NCBI GenBank assembly: GCA_963677925.2
Contig: CAXXYH010000003.1
Location: forward strand, 1-64,000
DNA from: Spirochaetia bacterium
GTDB taxonomy: Bacteria; Spirochaetota; Spirochaetia; UBA9216
DNA length: 64,000 nt
Direction of reading: 5' to 3'
Every line of letters begins with the position of its first letter. The first letter of the stretch is position 1. The translations under genes and the position numbers were made by a program. Below the pieces are notes generated by a model that did not search any database, was not told where the DNA came from, and saw only the letters and a program-made list of their open reading frames with translations. Below are positions 1-11,409 of this stretch, in pieces.

Positions 1-2842
1 GTATAATTCCGTTATTTACGACTATGCCCAGCAGCATTACAATACCAATAAGGGACGGCATGCTCAGCGGCTCACCGGTGATGGTGTATATTGCTACTAC
101 GCCGATAAGCAGCATCGGTATCATTATTACAATGATTAGCGGGAGTTTAAGTGATTCAAACTGGCTTACCATAACAGCAAAGACAAGAAGTGCCGCAAAA
201 ATAAGCACCAGCTGCATTCCATCCATGGCATCTGTAAGCATTTCCATCTGACCGCCGGTGGTAAATGATACACCTTCAGGAAGTACTATAGCTTCCCTGG
301 CTAAAGTTTCGATTTCATTCTGGACGAAGTTGGCCTTGGCTCCGGGCTGCAGGCTGCCGGAGAGTGTAATAGTTTTTAGAACGGTCCTCCCTGTAAATTG
401 ATACAGGTCCGACGGTTTTTACAACATCTCCAAAACTTGAAAACGGTATTTTCTGACCGAAACTGTTTGATACAAATATACGGTTAATATCAAATTCTGA
501 ATCACGATCTTCTTCTCTGAGCTGCAGAACTACATCATAGCTTTCTCCATCAAGAGTGATATTTGTCGCGGTCACACCGGCTATCTGTGAACGTATTTCG
601 TATGCTACGGTCTGTGAATTAAGTCCCAGATCAAAGAGTTTTTGAACGATCCAGTTCAAGCTGTATTTCGGGAAGTGCATTTGAATGACTGCTTGTGAAC
701 TCTTTAATTTCAGGGATCTGTTCCTTTACCAGCTGCATCAGTTCTTCACTTACATAAACAAGGTCATCCAGTTTTGTACCTTTTATATTTATTGATACAT
801 CGCTTCCGGTCATCATTCTTGCCTGGTCGGTTGTTGAAAACTGGATAACAGCATCCGGAAACATATCGAATCTGCTTCGGAAGATTTCTCTTATTTCTTC
901 ATCGGTCATGCTTCGTTCTGCCGGATCCGGCAGAGAAATTTCTATTGTTCCGGTATGCGTACCTCCGCTTGAATTGAGTCCGCCGCTTGAACCGGATGAT
1001 ATAACGATGCTTCTCCGTTCACTTTCCGGAATATTCTCAAGAGCAATTTCCTGCCACTGCATCATTACCGCTTCGGTTTGTTCGAGTGCAGTACCTTCAG
1101 GCATATTCACATTCATAATAATAGAAGTTTCACCTGAGTCAGGCATCATTATAAGACCGAGTCTTGGGATTTGAATAACCGAGACGGCAAGAAGTGCAAC
1201 TGAAAAGAAGGATAATTACTGCTTTATGATTTAAGCACCAACCTACAGCTTTCCGATAAGCTTCGGTAAATTTATTCATACCCTTTTCCATGCTGTCATC
1301 CATATATTTTAAAGCACGGCTTTTTACAGGTTTTTCCTCTCTGGTATAAATAGGAAAAACTTTTGAAGCAAGTACGGGAACTAGGAGGATTGAAACAGCA
1401 AGAGATGAAAGAAGGGCTACAACAATTGTAAAAGCCATATCGTCAAACATTATTCCAACTACACCCAGATCACTTTTAAAAATAAGAAGAGGCAGAAATA
1501 CACAAATGGATGTAAGGATTGAGCCGGTGATGGCACCAATAACTTCCTGGGTTCCAAGTTCTGCAGATGACTGCTGAAGCGCTCCTTTCTGTCTGTATCT
1601 GAATATATTTTCAATAACTACTATTGAGCCGTCTACTATCATACCTAAAGCGAGTATAAGTCCGGTAAGTGAAATCATATTGAAGGTTTTACCGGCCAGA
1701 CTCATTGCCCCTATTGTAATCAGCAGACTCACGGGTATTGATATTGCAATAATAATAGTAGGTTTAATTCTGCGGAGAAAAAGTATAAGAACCAGCACTG
1801 CAAAAAGTATACCTATGGCTGCTGAGCTGAGTACCTGGTTAATTACCGAGTTAACCATTATGGAATTATCCTGAAGAACTTTTATACTGTTTCCGTCAGA
1901 AAGAATATTTTCAAGGGAAGAAATTTCATTTTTAACAGCATTAACGACATCTATCATATTTGCATCATCAGTTTTTCTGACAGATATCTGAATGCCTTCC
2001 TGTCCGTCAATTAGCACTATACTTGTCTGGTTTGCAGTCCCCATATGAACATCCGCAATATCCCGTAAAAGTATTTCATAATAAGAGTTTCTTCCTGTTG
2101 CCTTTACACCGACTGTTGTCATTTCGAGTTCTTTTAAAGTACTAATTTCGCCTGATGTCTGTATGATGTAATTCTTGCCGCCTTCGAGCATCTCTCCTGC
2201 ACCCAGTTTCATATTCTGGCTTGCAAGTGCTGCGGAAATCTGTGAGATGCTTAACCCAAGTGAATATAGCCTTTCCTGATAAAAATCCACCTGTACTATT
2301 TCCTCAAGGCCGCCTGTTACTGCTGCTTCAGCAACACCGCTGATACGCTCAAGTCTAGGCTGAACTTCATCTGTTGCTATCTGCAATAGATCTTCAAGCC
2401 GCTGGTCTCCGGTCAGGGCGAGGGTTATCACCGGCTGTGCGTTCGGATCAAAACGGAAAATTGAGGGTGTATTAGAATCTTCAGGCAGACTGTTTGAAAC
2501 CATCGAAAGCTTATCGCGTATATCTGCTGTTGTTTCGGTCATATCGGTATCAAAATCAAGCATCATGACTATCATGCTGTAGTTTTCGTATGAGTAAGAG
2601 GTCATAGAATCAAGACCCGAAACATTGGCCAGCTGAGCTTCTATCGGTCTTGTAACCTTTTCTTCTATCTCTGATGGTGAAGCCATTGGATAGGTTGTTA
2701 CTACAGCCAGAGCCGGCATGTCTATTTCCGGTAAAAGATTGACAGCAAGTCTCCCGATAAGTGTCGCTCCGGCAATTGAAATTACCAGAAAGACAATTAT
2801 CATGGTCATCGGACGGCTTAATATTCGTCTTGAAATTGTCAT
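1..2842 (-). pseudogene. AcrB/AcrD/AcrF-family RND efflux permease, split by three +1 frameshifts (or sequencing errors); runs off the left edge
   Basis: ORFs 1139-2842, 631-1149, 315-680 and an open frame below ~370 encode consecutive RND segments (LALGMIVDGSIVVIENI; VSQFESLKLPLII). Removing one base at ~1203-1206, ~639-643 and ~373-381 joins them. Confidence 0.85.
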
Positions 2843-3756
2843 TTGCTGCTGTCCTTATTGATAATCTTTACACCGCTTCCGGCTGAAAGCAATGCAGCTC
2901 CTTCGGTGACTACAATGTCACCTTCATCAATACCGGAAATAATCTCGACAAACTCATTATCTTCAATTCCTGTTTCTACGATTACCCGCTCTGCTTTTTC
3001 ATCAGATACACGATATACGTAGCTGTATTCATCTCTGGTAAGCACGGCCTTTTCCGGCAGTATTACAGCTGATTTTCTGGTTGAGGTTATCAGTTCAATC
3101 CCGACGAACATACCCGCCTTTATGGGTGTTTTCCCTGTAATTTCTAGTTCTATGCTCAGGGTTCTGCTGGTTGGATTAACAACAGGTGCTATCGAAGTAA
3201 TTATTGCCTGATAATATGTTCCCGGTGAAGCTGTGGTAGAAATATTTGCTTTCTGCCCCTTCTCGACCATGTATATAAATCGTTCGGGAACCTGTGTTTT
3301 TATTATCAGGCTGTCTATATTACCTATGCTGAATAAGGCCATCTGCTGAGATACTGTTGCCCCTGTATCAGCATTTACCGCAGTCACTGTTCCGCTTACC
3401 GGAGCTTCTACCGGGCTTTCGGCATAATTCATTCCCGGTCTTGCCTGATCAACCTTGGCCAGGACCTGTCCTTTTGAAACATAATCACCTGCTTCAATAA
3501 GCAGTGATGTAATTTTACCGGCCACTGATGGATATACGTCTACTGATGATGAAGCTTCAACGTCTCCGCTTAGTATAAGTCTGTTGGATATTGAACCTAT
3601 TTGCGCTTCAGCTGTACGTACATTTATTCTTTTATCAATAACCTGTTCTGTCCCTGCAGTTCTGACTCCTTCCTGCGAGACAGCTGCGGCACCGCATCCT
3701 GAAATGATAATTACTGCAGTTAATACTGCTGCAGTTTTTACATAAAATTGTTTCAT
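2839..3756 (-). CDS. RND efflux periplasmic adaptor (MFP) lipoprotein
   Basis: Lipobox IISGC, lipoyl-like motifs (VEAPVSGTV), sits between TolC and RND genes. Confidence 0.9.
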   Translation of the reverse strand: MKQFYVKTAAVLTAVIIISGCGAAAVSQEGVRTAGTEQVIDKRINVRTAEAQIGSISNRLILSGDVEASSSVDVYPSVAGKITSLLIEAGDYVSKGQVLAKVDQARPGMNYAESPVEAPVSGTVTAVNADTGATVSQQMALFSIGNIDSLIIKTQVPERFIYMVEKGQKANISTTASPGTYYQAIITSIAPVVNPTSRTLSIELEITGKTPIKAGMFVGIELITSTRKSAVILPEKAVLTRDEYSYVYRVSDEKAERVIVETGIEDNEFVEIISGIDEGDIVVTEGAALLSAGSGVKIINKDSSK

Positions 3757-3773
3757 ATCGACTCCCCGTCTTT

Positions 3774-5177
3774 CTATAATTCAGTATTTAAAGCCTGCTC
3801 AAGACTTAAAAAATTGGAAATGTAGCTGTATTTTTCAGACAGCAGATCAAGTTCAGCCTGCAGTAGAGAATTTTCACTTGATTCAAGCTCGAGCAGCTGC
3901 AGTTCTCCTTTTTCATAAGCTTCCCTGCTCATGTCATAATTCTTTTGATTAAGTTCGATTGACTCAGTCAGCACTTCCATATTTTTCCTGCTTGTATTAA
4001 GCGTTCTCACAAGTGAGCGTATTTCCATCTCGGCTGCCGTATATGCCAGTTCTTTCTGATATTCAAGCTGATTCAGAGCGTCTTCAGATGCTTTAATTTT
4101 ATTAGCAGATGCTGAATGCGGAAGCCACTCATCAACCGGTATTGAAAGGGTTACTGAAAATGCTCCGTTATCACCGTACATGTCCTCATTGTCCCAGCTT
4201 TCTGATGCAAAGGGATCTGATATATAAGGACTGTAACTGTAGCCAAGGACAAGCGCCGGTAAATAGGACTGGTTAAAAACTGCCGATTTTGAGTTTTCCA
4301 GCATTTCATAGTTTACTGACAGCTGCTGCAGGTCAATCCTTCCTGTCAGAAATGATTGAATAAGTTTATCGGCATAGAGGTTTTCAGGTACTACTTCTAC
4401 AGTACCGGATAGTTCAAGCGGAATGCTTAAATCAAGACCAAGATCCATTTTAAAAGCCATCAGCAGCTGCTGATAAGCATCTTCCATTTTTGAAAGACTC
4501 GGCCCCATGGATGATAGACCTGAACGGGTGTTTAAAAGATCAAGTTCTGTTATATAACCGTAACTGTACATAAGCTGCATACTCTCAAGCCTGTTTTCTG
4601 TTGTTTGGATATTCTTTTCTAGTACACTGATTTGTTCCTGCAGAAGCAGAAGATTATAAAAATTACGTTTTATTGACTGCCTTGTGGATAGTTCAGCGGA
4701 ATTATATTCAAGCATTGAATTCCGGTAGTCCAGATCCAGCTGTTTTGCTCCGTTAACCATAGCCGGAGAAAGCGCCAGCTGTGCTGAAATTTTACCTACC
4801 AGCGTCCAGGGATCTGCTTCATATTCATAACCCTGCATGAATATATAATCATAAAGTCCATCATCTGCAGAAAAAGAACTGCTGTCAAAGGGATTATTGG
4901 TACCCAGAACTGCAACACCGCTGCCGCTTGCTGCGACATTGCTCCTGCTTAGTGTTGCTGAAGCTGATATATCCGGAATCAAAACATTCCAGGCATCTCT
5001 CTGCTCTCTGCTTTTCTGGGCAGTTTCAATTGTTTTTACTTTAAGATTATAATTATTCTGCAGACCCAGTGTTACAGCATCCTCTACACTCAATAGTAGT
5101 AAGTTACCTGAATTTTCTGCAGAAATATTTGCAGATAAAGATGTTAAAATTATTAGTATGAAAAAAAATCTCTTCAT
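3774..5177 (-). CDS. TolC-family outer membrane efflux protein
   Basis: Signal peptide, two OEP-like repeats (YSYGYITELDLL; YEKGELQLLEL), operon context. Confidence 0.85.
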   Translation of the reverse strand: MKRFFFILIILTSLSANISAENSGNLLLLSVEDAVTLGLQNNYNLKVKTIETAQKSREQRDAWNVLIPDISASATLSRSNVAASGSGVAVLGTNNPFDSSSFSADDGLYDYIFMQGYEYEADPWTLVGKISAQLALSPAMVNGAKQLDLDYRNSMLEYNSAELSTRQSIKRNFYNLLLLQEQISVLEKNIQTTENRLESMQLMYSYGYITELDLLNTRSGLSSMGPSLSKMEDAYQQLLMAFKMDLGLDLSIPLELSGTVEVVPENLYADKLIQSFLTGRIDLQQLSVNYEMLENSKSAVFNQSYLPALVLGYSYSPYISDPFASESWDNEDMYGDNGAFSVTLSIPVDEWLPHSASANKIKASEDALNQLEYQKELAYTAAEMEIRSLVRTLNTSRKNMEVLTESIELNQKNYDMSREAYEKGELQLLELESSENSLLQAELDLLSEKYSYISNFLSLEQALNTEL

Positions 5178-5351
5178 TATTTGCTCCGCTGGTTTGATTA
5201 CAAGGTAAAAATATATGTAAAGGCATGTTAAAGCTATAAATAACGGATTACATAAATATTAACTTTTTGTTTAAGTTTGCAGTTACCGGTTGCTTTAAAA
5301 GGATTTTTAAGTAAATTGTATGTGAAGTTTTTTTATTATGCGGAGTCTTTA

Positions 5352-6542
5352 ATGCTTACCAGATTAAACAAGAAGAATGGCGATGAACTTTCAATCCTGG
5401 GATTCGGCTGTATGCGTTTTCCCATGAAGGGCAACAGTATAGATGAAGAGAAAACTACATCACTTATAAGAACTGCAATTGAAAAGGGAATTAACTACTT
5501 TGACACTGCTTATCCGTATCATGGCGGAAAAAGCGAAGTAATGCTAGGAAAGGCGCTTGAGGGCGGTTACAGAGAAAGAGTAATGATTGCAGATAAGCTG
5601 CCTCATTATCTTGTCGGGAGCCTGGAACGGGCTAAAAAGATTTTTGATACACAGCTTGCAAGACTCAATACTGACTATATCGATTACTATCTTATTCATA
5701 TGCTTTCTGACTGTACCGGTTTTGAACGGCTTGAGAAACTTGGTGTAATGTCCTGGCTTGAAGATTTAAAAAAGAATGGCATAATTAAGAATCTTGGATT
5801 TTCTTTCCACGGCAGTAAAAAAGATTTTGAAGAGCTTGTGAGTGCATATCCATGGGATCTATGCCAGATTCAGTATAATTATCTAGATGAGAATAACCAG
5901 GCTACAAGATCCGGACTGGAACTTGCCCATTCCCTGGGACTGCCTGTTATCATAATGGAGCCCCTTCGGGGAGGACAGCTCGTGAATAATCTGCCTAAAG
6001 AGGTTATTAAGGAGTTCGGGAACTATAAGATTAATAGAAGTCCTGCAGAATGGTCGCTTCGCTGGATATGGAACCATCCTGAAGTAACTCTTATTCTTTC
6101 CGGAATGAATGAGTTCAGCCAGCTTGATGAAAATATTGCGACTGCATCAACGGCTGAGTCAGGTTCTCTAACACCTGAGGAAATGAAGATTTATGACAGG
6201 GTAAAAAAGATTATCCTTGAAAAAACCAAGGTTCCCTGTACAGGCTGCGCATACTGCATGCCCTGTCCTGCAGGTGTTAATATTCCCCAATGTTTTACAG
6301 CCTATAATGATAAGTATTTGCTGGGAGCACGCGGCATCCGATTCAATTATATGATGAATCTCGGAGGAGGCGCAAAGAAACCTGCATTTGCTTCATTGTG
6401 TATTGAATGCGGCAAATGTGAAAAGCATTGTCCCCAGCATATTGAAATTAGAAAGGAACTCAAGAGCGTTAAGAAGGAACTTGAAGGTCCCTTCTTTAAG
6501 CCGGTTGTGGCGATTGCACGAAAGGTGATGAAGGTAGGCTGA
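5352..6542 (+). CDS. Aldo/keto reductase with C-terminal 4Fe-4S dicluster domain
   Basis: LGFGCMRFP, YFDTAYPY, CTGCAYCMPCP and CIECGKCEKHCP motifs. Start moved to ATG 5352 after GGAG. Confidence 0.9.
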   Translation: MLTRLNKKNGDELSILGFGCMRFPMKGNSIDEEKTTSLIRTAIEKGINYFDTAYPYHGGKSEVMLGKALEGGYRERVMIADKLPHYLVGSLERAKKIFDTQLARLNTDYIDYYLIHMLSDCTGFERLEKLGVMSWLEDLKKNGIIKNLGFSFHGSKKDFEELVSAYPWDLCQIQYNYLDENNQATRSGLELAHSLGLPVIIMEPLRGGQLVNNLPKEVIKEFGNYKINRSPAEWSLRWIWNHPEVTLILSGMNEFSQLDENIATASTAESGSLTPEEMKIYDRVKKIILEKTKVPCTGCAYCMPCPAGVNIPQCFTAYNDKYLLGARGIRFNYMMNLGGGAKKPAFASLCIECGKCEKHCPQHIEIRKELKSVKKELEGPFFKPVVAIARKVMKVG

Positions 6543-7689
6543 GCTCCTTATACTTTTGAGTTATAGTCTTCCATGAATCAGTTCCGGGTGTTATCTGACA
6601 GATTTCCTTTAGAACTTTTTCGGGGCCGTCGGATTTTAATATTCCGGCAGCCCTGATTTCTGCAGGATCTTTAAAACAAAGCGCTGCAGCTATTGCCTTG
6701 CAGATTGCGTCTGTTCCTATTCCGTGTTTAATACATAAATTAAGTGCTCCTGTGAGCCTGTCCTCCGGTGAAAGTTTGCGGCTTAAATCACGGCCTACTC
6801 TTGCAACTGTATCGCCAAGCTGTCTGTTGCCGAAACGTGACAGAAGATCATCAATATGTTCAAGCAAATCATTTATGTCCACTTTATGTTCTATGGACAG
6901 GGCTTTTGCAGATGATATCATGGCTTCTTTTACAGTTTTCAGAATCTGTTCATCTTCAACGGCCTGCCAAATGCATGTATAGCCTTTCAAAGCCCCCAGA
7001 TAGGCTGAAGCTGCATGGCCCATATTGTGAATGAATAGTTTTCTCTGAATATAAAAACTGAAAGGGCTGAAGGGCTTCAGATTTTTAATTTCAGGAATAT
7101 CTCCTTTAAATCCATCTTTATCAACTGGAAGCTGAGAATATTCTTCAACACATATCCGAAGTATATTATCTCCCTGCATGTCCGGGGTCATTACAGGAAC
7201 CATCCGCCCTATTGAAGCTTCAACAAAACCAACTTTCTGTTCAGCTTTTTTTATATCAGCATCTTCAAGCTGATCGGAGATAAGTTTTTTAAGATAAAGA
7301 TCTGCATCAATAAGATTCTCACAGATAATAATATTAAGAGGTGTTTCATTTCCGCTGCTCCATCGTCTTTTTAATCCAAGAGCAAGCGGCCTTGCTATAA
7401 AAGGTAAAATATTAACCCCTACTGCCGTGGCCATTATATCAGCTTCCGCAATTGCATCTGCTGCATCCTGCTCATTGCGGCCGTTAACAGCACTTATATT
7501 TTTTACCGTCAGTTCATGAGTTCCGTTGTCAGACACAAATTTTACAGGATAGCTTTTATCTGAATTTATTTTTTCAACCACATCTGAGTTTACATCAATA
7601 AAAACAGTTTCATATCCTGATTCATAAAATAACTGCCCGATAAAGCCGCGGCCTATATTACCTGCCCCGTACATTACTGCTTTTTTCAT
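6496..7689 (-). CDS. Mannitol-1-phosphate 5-dehydrogenase family protein
   Basis: GAGNIGRGFIG Rossmann motif, IICENL, RKLFIHNMGH. Confidence 0.85.
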   Translation of the reverse strand: MKKAVMYGAGNIGRGFIGQLFYESGYETVFIDVNSDVVEKINSDKSYPVKFVSDNGTHELTVKNISAVNGRNEQDAADAIAEADIMATAVGVNILPFIARPLALGLKRRWSSGNETPLNIIICENLIDADLYLKKLISDQLEDADIKKAEQKVGFVEASIGRMVPVMTPDMQGDNILRICVEEYSQLPVDKDGFKGDIPEIKNLKPFSPFSFYIQRKLFIHNMGHAASAYLGALKGYTCIWQAVEDEQILKTVKEAMISSAKALSIEHKVDINDLLEHIDDLLSRFGNRQLGDTVARVGRDLSRKLSPEDRLTGALNLCIKHGIGTDAICKAIAAALCFKDPAEIRAAGILKSDGPEKVLKEICQITPGTDSWKTITQKYKELSLPSSPFVQSPQPA

Positions 7690-7700
7690 TATATAATTCC

Positions 7701-9185
7701 TTAGAAAATCGGCCTGACCGATGGATATATTTTTTTGTAAGTCTGAAATTTCTCTTTATAAATGCTGTTCATATTTTCATCCGGATAAAATACATTTTTC
7801 TTTTTAACAAGATGATTTACAGCTTCTTCGGTACTGCCGTATATTCCCGCAGCAGTTCCGGCAAGGATGGCTACACCAAGTGTTCCGGCTTCTGAGATCT
7901 CAAGCGTAGAAACCTCCCGCCCCATAATGTCTGCCTTGATTTGGAGAAATGTATCCGATTTGGAAAGACCGCCGACAGCGCGCAGTTCGTTCACTCGTAT
8001 TCCTGCGTCATCAAGCCTTTCAACATTTACCATTATCTCATAAGTAATGCCTTCAAGGATTGCACGTAAAATTTCTTCGGGCTTGGTATTGATAGTCAGA
8101 CCGACTATTGCCCCCCTGGAACCGGTATCCATATATGGCGTTGCCGCTCCCGCAAAATGTGGAAGAATAAAAATATTTGACGGAGTCTTTGCTGCAGCGT
8201 CAATAAGATTACCATAGCTTTGATTTGATGAATTGCTGTGAAGTTTACCGAAATAATCGCGGTACCATTTAAGGACACTTCCGCTGGTAAAGGTGAAGGC
8301 ATAGGTTACGTACATGTCTCTAACAACATGAGGAACACAGGCAAAACTGCTTTCGGCTGTTTTTGTAGAAATTACCGGACGATTAAAGGCCGGAGTAATG
8401 CATTCTGTGGACCCCAGTCCGTCTACTGCAAGATCGCTTCGGATAACTCCTGCACCGAGTGCAGCGCACGGCTGGTCATGTCCGCCAGCTACAAGTCTGG
8501 TATTCGTAGGAAGGCCAAGTTCCGAGGTTATTTTTTTTGATATGGAGCCTACTACAGTTCCACTCTGAACAGGTGTTCCGAAAATTTCAGTTTTAACATC
8601 TGCGCAGTTAAGAATATCAGAAGACCATTCTTTATTTATAATATCAAAGGCCTGGGTTCGTCCGCCCAGTGAATAATCCATATGAGGATCTGCACCCAGC
8701 CTGAACAGAATAAAATCGGCAAAGGCCATAAATTTCCAAGTCTGTTTATATGTTTCAGGAAGATGTTTTTTTATCCACATGATTTTACTTATAGAAAACA
8801 TGGAATGTGCCGGAACCCCGGTTATCGCCTGTATTTTTTCATCTCCGAGAGCTGAACTTAGAAATTCAGCTTCCTCCTGTCCGCGCTTATCAATATAAAT
8901 TATTGCATTATGCAGAACCCTGCCGTCATTTCCGACCGGAATAGCTGCTTCTCCGAAAGATGATACACTTACTGCAACTACAGGATCTGAACTGCATCTT
9001 GAAATTGATTCAGAAATAACTGCTTTAACAGATTTCCATACGGTTTCAGGATCAAGTTCTTCAAGGCCGGGGCCGGGATTTATTAAATGATATTCCCGAT
9101 GTGCCTGTCCCAGTACAGCTCCTTCATAATCTACTATTGTAGCTTTGCATCCTGATGTTCCTATATCAAGTCCGAGAAGAGACAT
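7701..9185 (-). CDS. FGGY-family carbohydrate kinase (xylulokinase-like)
   Basis: LGLDIGTSGCK, GGHDQPCAALGAG, AVGGLSKS motifs. Confidence 0.9.
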   Translation of the reverse strand: MSLLGLDIGTSGCKATIVDYEGAVLGQAHREYHLINPGPGLEELDPETVWKSVKAVISESISRCSSDPVVAVSVSSFGEAAIPVGNDGRVLHNAIIYIDKRGQEEAEFLSSALGDEKIQAITGVPAHSMFSISKIMWIKKHLPETYKQTWKFMAFADFILFRLGADPHMDYSLGGRTQAFDIINKEWSSDILNCADVKTEIFGTPVQSGTVVGSISKKITSELGLPTNTRLVAGGHDQPCAALGAGVIRSDLAVDGLGSTECITPAFNRPVISTKTAESSFACVPHVVRDMYVTYAFTFTSGSVLKWYRDYFGKLHSNSSNQSYGNLIDAAAKTPSNIFILPHFAGAATPYMDTGSRGAIVGLTINTKPEEILRAILEGITYEIMVNVERLDDAGIRVNELRAVGGLSKSDTFLQIKADIMGREVSTLEISEAGTLGVAILAGTAAGIYGSTEEAVNHLVKKKNVFYPDENMNSIYKEKFQTYKKIYPSVRPIF

Positions 9186-9199
9186 AATTTACTCCTGTC

Positions 9200-10204
9200 C
9201 TATACATACCAGAGATCAAGATAGCCTCTGACAATTTTTTTCATTTCTTCAAATATGATTTGCTGCCTTGCTTCAGTAGTGAAGAATGCAATCGAAGCCT
9301 TTTCACCATTCCTGCATTTTTCGGTCAGATAACCTTCCTTAATTAGTTCACCAACCATGTCTGAACCGCCGGTTTTTGATGCGTTTTGAACCATTAATTT
9401 TAAAAGTACAGGTGAGGAATCCCGTTCAAGAGCCGTCCAAATATTGACCTTACAGACTCCGTCTTCAATGAGATGAGCTATCTGCTCCCCGTGTACCGAG
9501 GAAGCTCCATGAAGAACTATCCTGGTTCCAATCTTTTCTTTGATTTTTCTTGCGTAATCTCCGTAATATTTCAAGTCTGCACCGCTGGCTCTGTGTTCTG
9601 TACCAAGATTTGCAACTATTAGATCAACTCCGGTTTTGCGAAAAAAATCTTCTGCTTTTTCTGCTGTTGTAAGTTCACTTTTATCCTGCCCCGTTGCGTC
9701 AACAATCTCATCGCAAGCGCCTTCAATAACTATATTACTGCCCTGTGCTTCTACGAACTTTTTTGTAAGAGTTATATTCTGATCAAGCGGGACTTTTGAT
9801 GCATCAAACATTATTGAGGAAAACTGCTTCATATCCCATGAAAGTAAATCTGCATCATCATCAAACTGTGTATGATCAAGATGAACCATTACTCTCAAGT
9901 TTTCATAAGGAGAGCCGGATGACATAAGAACACCCAGATCAGCCATAAAGAGTTTTAAACCTATATCCCAGCGTCTTGTATGAGTATAATAAGCAGACTG
10001 TGTCCGGTGATCATATTGATTTGTGATTGCTACTATTACCGGAATATCCGGTATGGATTTGTCTTTTCCGTACTCGAGTGCGGCCTGAAGAATAGCTTCT
10101 GTTGTCGTAAGATTTTCAGTGCACAGACATGGTATTACCCATCCTTTCTTTTCTGCTTCTTCATAGATACCAAGAACTTCTTTTCTTTCTGTAATTACAG
10201 GCAA
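9200..10204 (-). CDS. Class II fructose/tagatose-bisphosphate aldolase family protein
   Basis: VHLDH, GTEH, VLHGAS, KVNIWT metal-binding motifs. Confidence 0.85.
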   Translation of the reverse strand: MPVITERKEVLGIYEEAEKKGWVIPCLCTENLTTTEAILQAALEYGKDKSIPDIPVIVAITNQYDHRTQSAYYTHTRRWDIGLKLFMADLGVLMSSGSPYENLRVMVHLDHTQFDDDADLLSWDMKQFSSIMFDASKVPLDQNITLTKKFVEAQGSNIVIEGACDEIVDATGQDKSELTTAEKAEDFFRKTGVDLIVANLGTEHRASGADLKYYGDYARKIKEKIGTRIVLHGASSVHGEQIAHLIEDGVCKVNIWTALERDSSPVLLKLMVQNASKTGGSDMVGELIKEGYLTEKCRNGEKASIAFFTTEARQQIIFEEMKKIVRGYLDLWYV

Positions 10205-10223
10205 TTTTTCCTCCAGTTTAAAT

Positions 10224-10257
10224 GACTCTTAAAATGAATCGATTCATTTTAAGAGTC
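10224..10257. promoter_or_regulatory. Perfect 34-bp palindrome, probable LacI-family operator
   Basis: GACTCTTAAAATGAATC|GATTCATTTTAAGAGTC with a central CG. A related site (ATGATATCGATTCATTTT) lies at ~10340-10357 before the LacI gene. Confidence 0.7.
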
Positions 10258-10383
10258 TCTAAAATCGAAATAAGACCTTTTTAATTGTCTTATGCCGATA
10301 AATTATATTTTTTACCCTTATTTAGTATTTTATTATATAATGATATCGATTCATTTTCAAGAATAAACAGAAAAGGATATTAA

Positions 10384-11409
10384 ATGGCGGTTATTAAGGA
10401 TGTAGCCGGTCTAGCCGAAGTCTCCGTAGGTACAGTATCAAAATATCTTAATAATCCAGACTCTCTTAAGGCAAAAACCCGTGAACGTGTAGAACGTGCA
10501 ATTAAGGAACTTCACTACAGCCCCAGCCCGCTTGCGCGGAGCATGAGAACCGGAAAAACAGGACTGATTTCGGTTATTACTCCGAATATAAGCAATCCGT
10601 TTTTTGTAGAAGTTTTTAATTCCATCAGAACCAATGCTGTAAGCAACGGTCTTACAGCTACACTTATGACAATTGAAGATGATTTTAAGGTAATTAAAAA
10701 CTATCTTGATAATATCAGTAAAAATCCTGTTGACGGACTGATTCTCTGCTTTGTCGATCAGGAACAGATGATTGATGAGTATGTGAAAGAGCTGCAGGAT
10801 ACTCTCCCCGTTGTTCTGCTCAGCTGGGATATTGAGATGACAAGGCTGAACCGGGTATGTATCGATGTGTGTGAAGGTATGTACAAAGCTACAGATTACC
10901 TGCTGAAAGCAGGTCACCGAAGAATTGCCTATGCCGGAGGTTACTCTGATAACCGTATTTCCGCTCAGAAGTTTCAAGGCTTTTGCGACGCTCTGAAAGA
11001 GGCGGGATTAGATGCGGATCCGAAGCTGGTCTTTAACGGCCCTCTCAAGATGCAGAACGGATATTATACAGCAAGAAAGATTATGGATATGGAGCAAAGA
11101 CCCGATGCTGTTGTTGCAGAGAATGATAATGTCGGACTGGGCTGCCTTAAATATTTTTCACAGTGTAAACTTGAAATTCCAGATGATATTGCATTAATCG
11201 GCTTCGATAATATCATGCTGTCTGCAATGTATGAACCTGCCCTGTCCACGGTGTCACTGCCTATTTCAGATATGGGTGAAGAAGCTGTAAAATTACTTAG
11301 AGAGATTATTGATAACCCCTCTGTAAAAAACAGACTTACAGTTCTTGGTACGGAACTTGTAATACGCAGTTCAACTGATAAGTCTGCACCTGTTGAGCTT
11401 GATTTCTAA
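10384..11409 (+). CDS. LacI-family transcriptional regulator
   Basis: N-terminal HTH IKDVAGLAEVSVGTVSKYLN plus periplasmic-binding fold; divergent from the sugar operon. Confidence 0.95.
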   Translation: MAVIKDVAGLAEVSVGTVSKYLNNPDSLKAKTRERVERAIKELHYSPSPLARSMRTGKTGLISVITPNISNPFFVEVFNSIRTNAVSNGLTATLMTIEDDFKVIKNYLDNISKNPVDGLILCFVDQEQMIDEYVKELQDTLPVVLLSWDIEMTRLNRVCIDVCEGMYKATDYLLKAGHRRIAYAGGYSDNRISAQKFQGFCDALKEAGLDADPKLVFNGPLKMQNGYYTARKIMDMEQRPDAVVAENDNVGLGCLKYFSQCKLEIPDDIALIGFDNIMLSAMYEPALSTVSLPISDMGEEAVKLLREIIDNPSVKNRLTVLGTELVIRSSTDKSAPVELDF

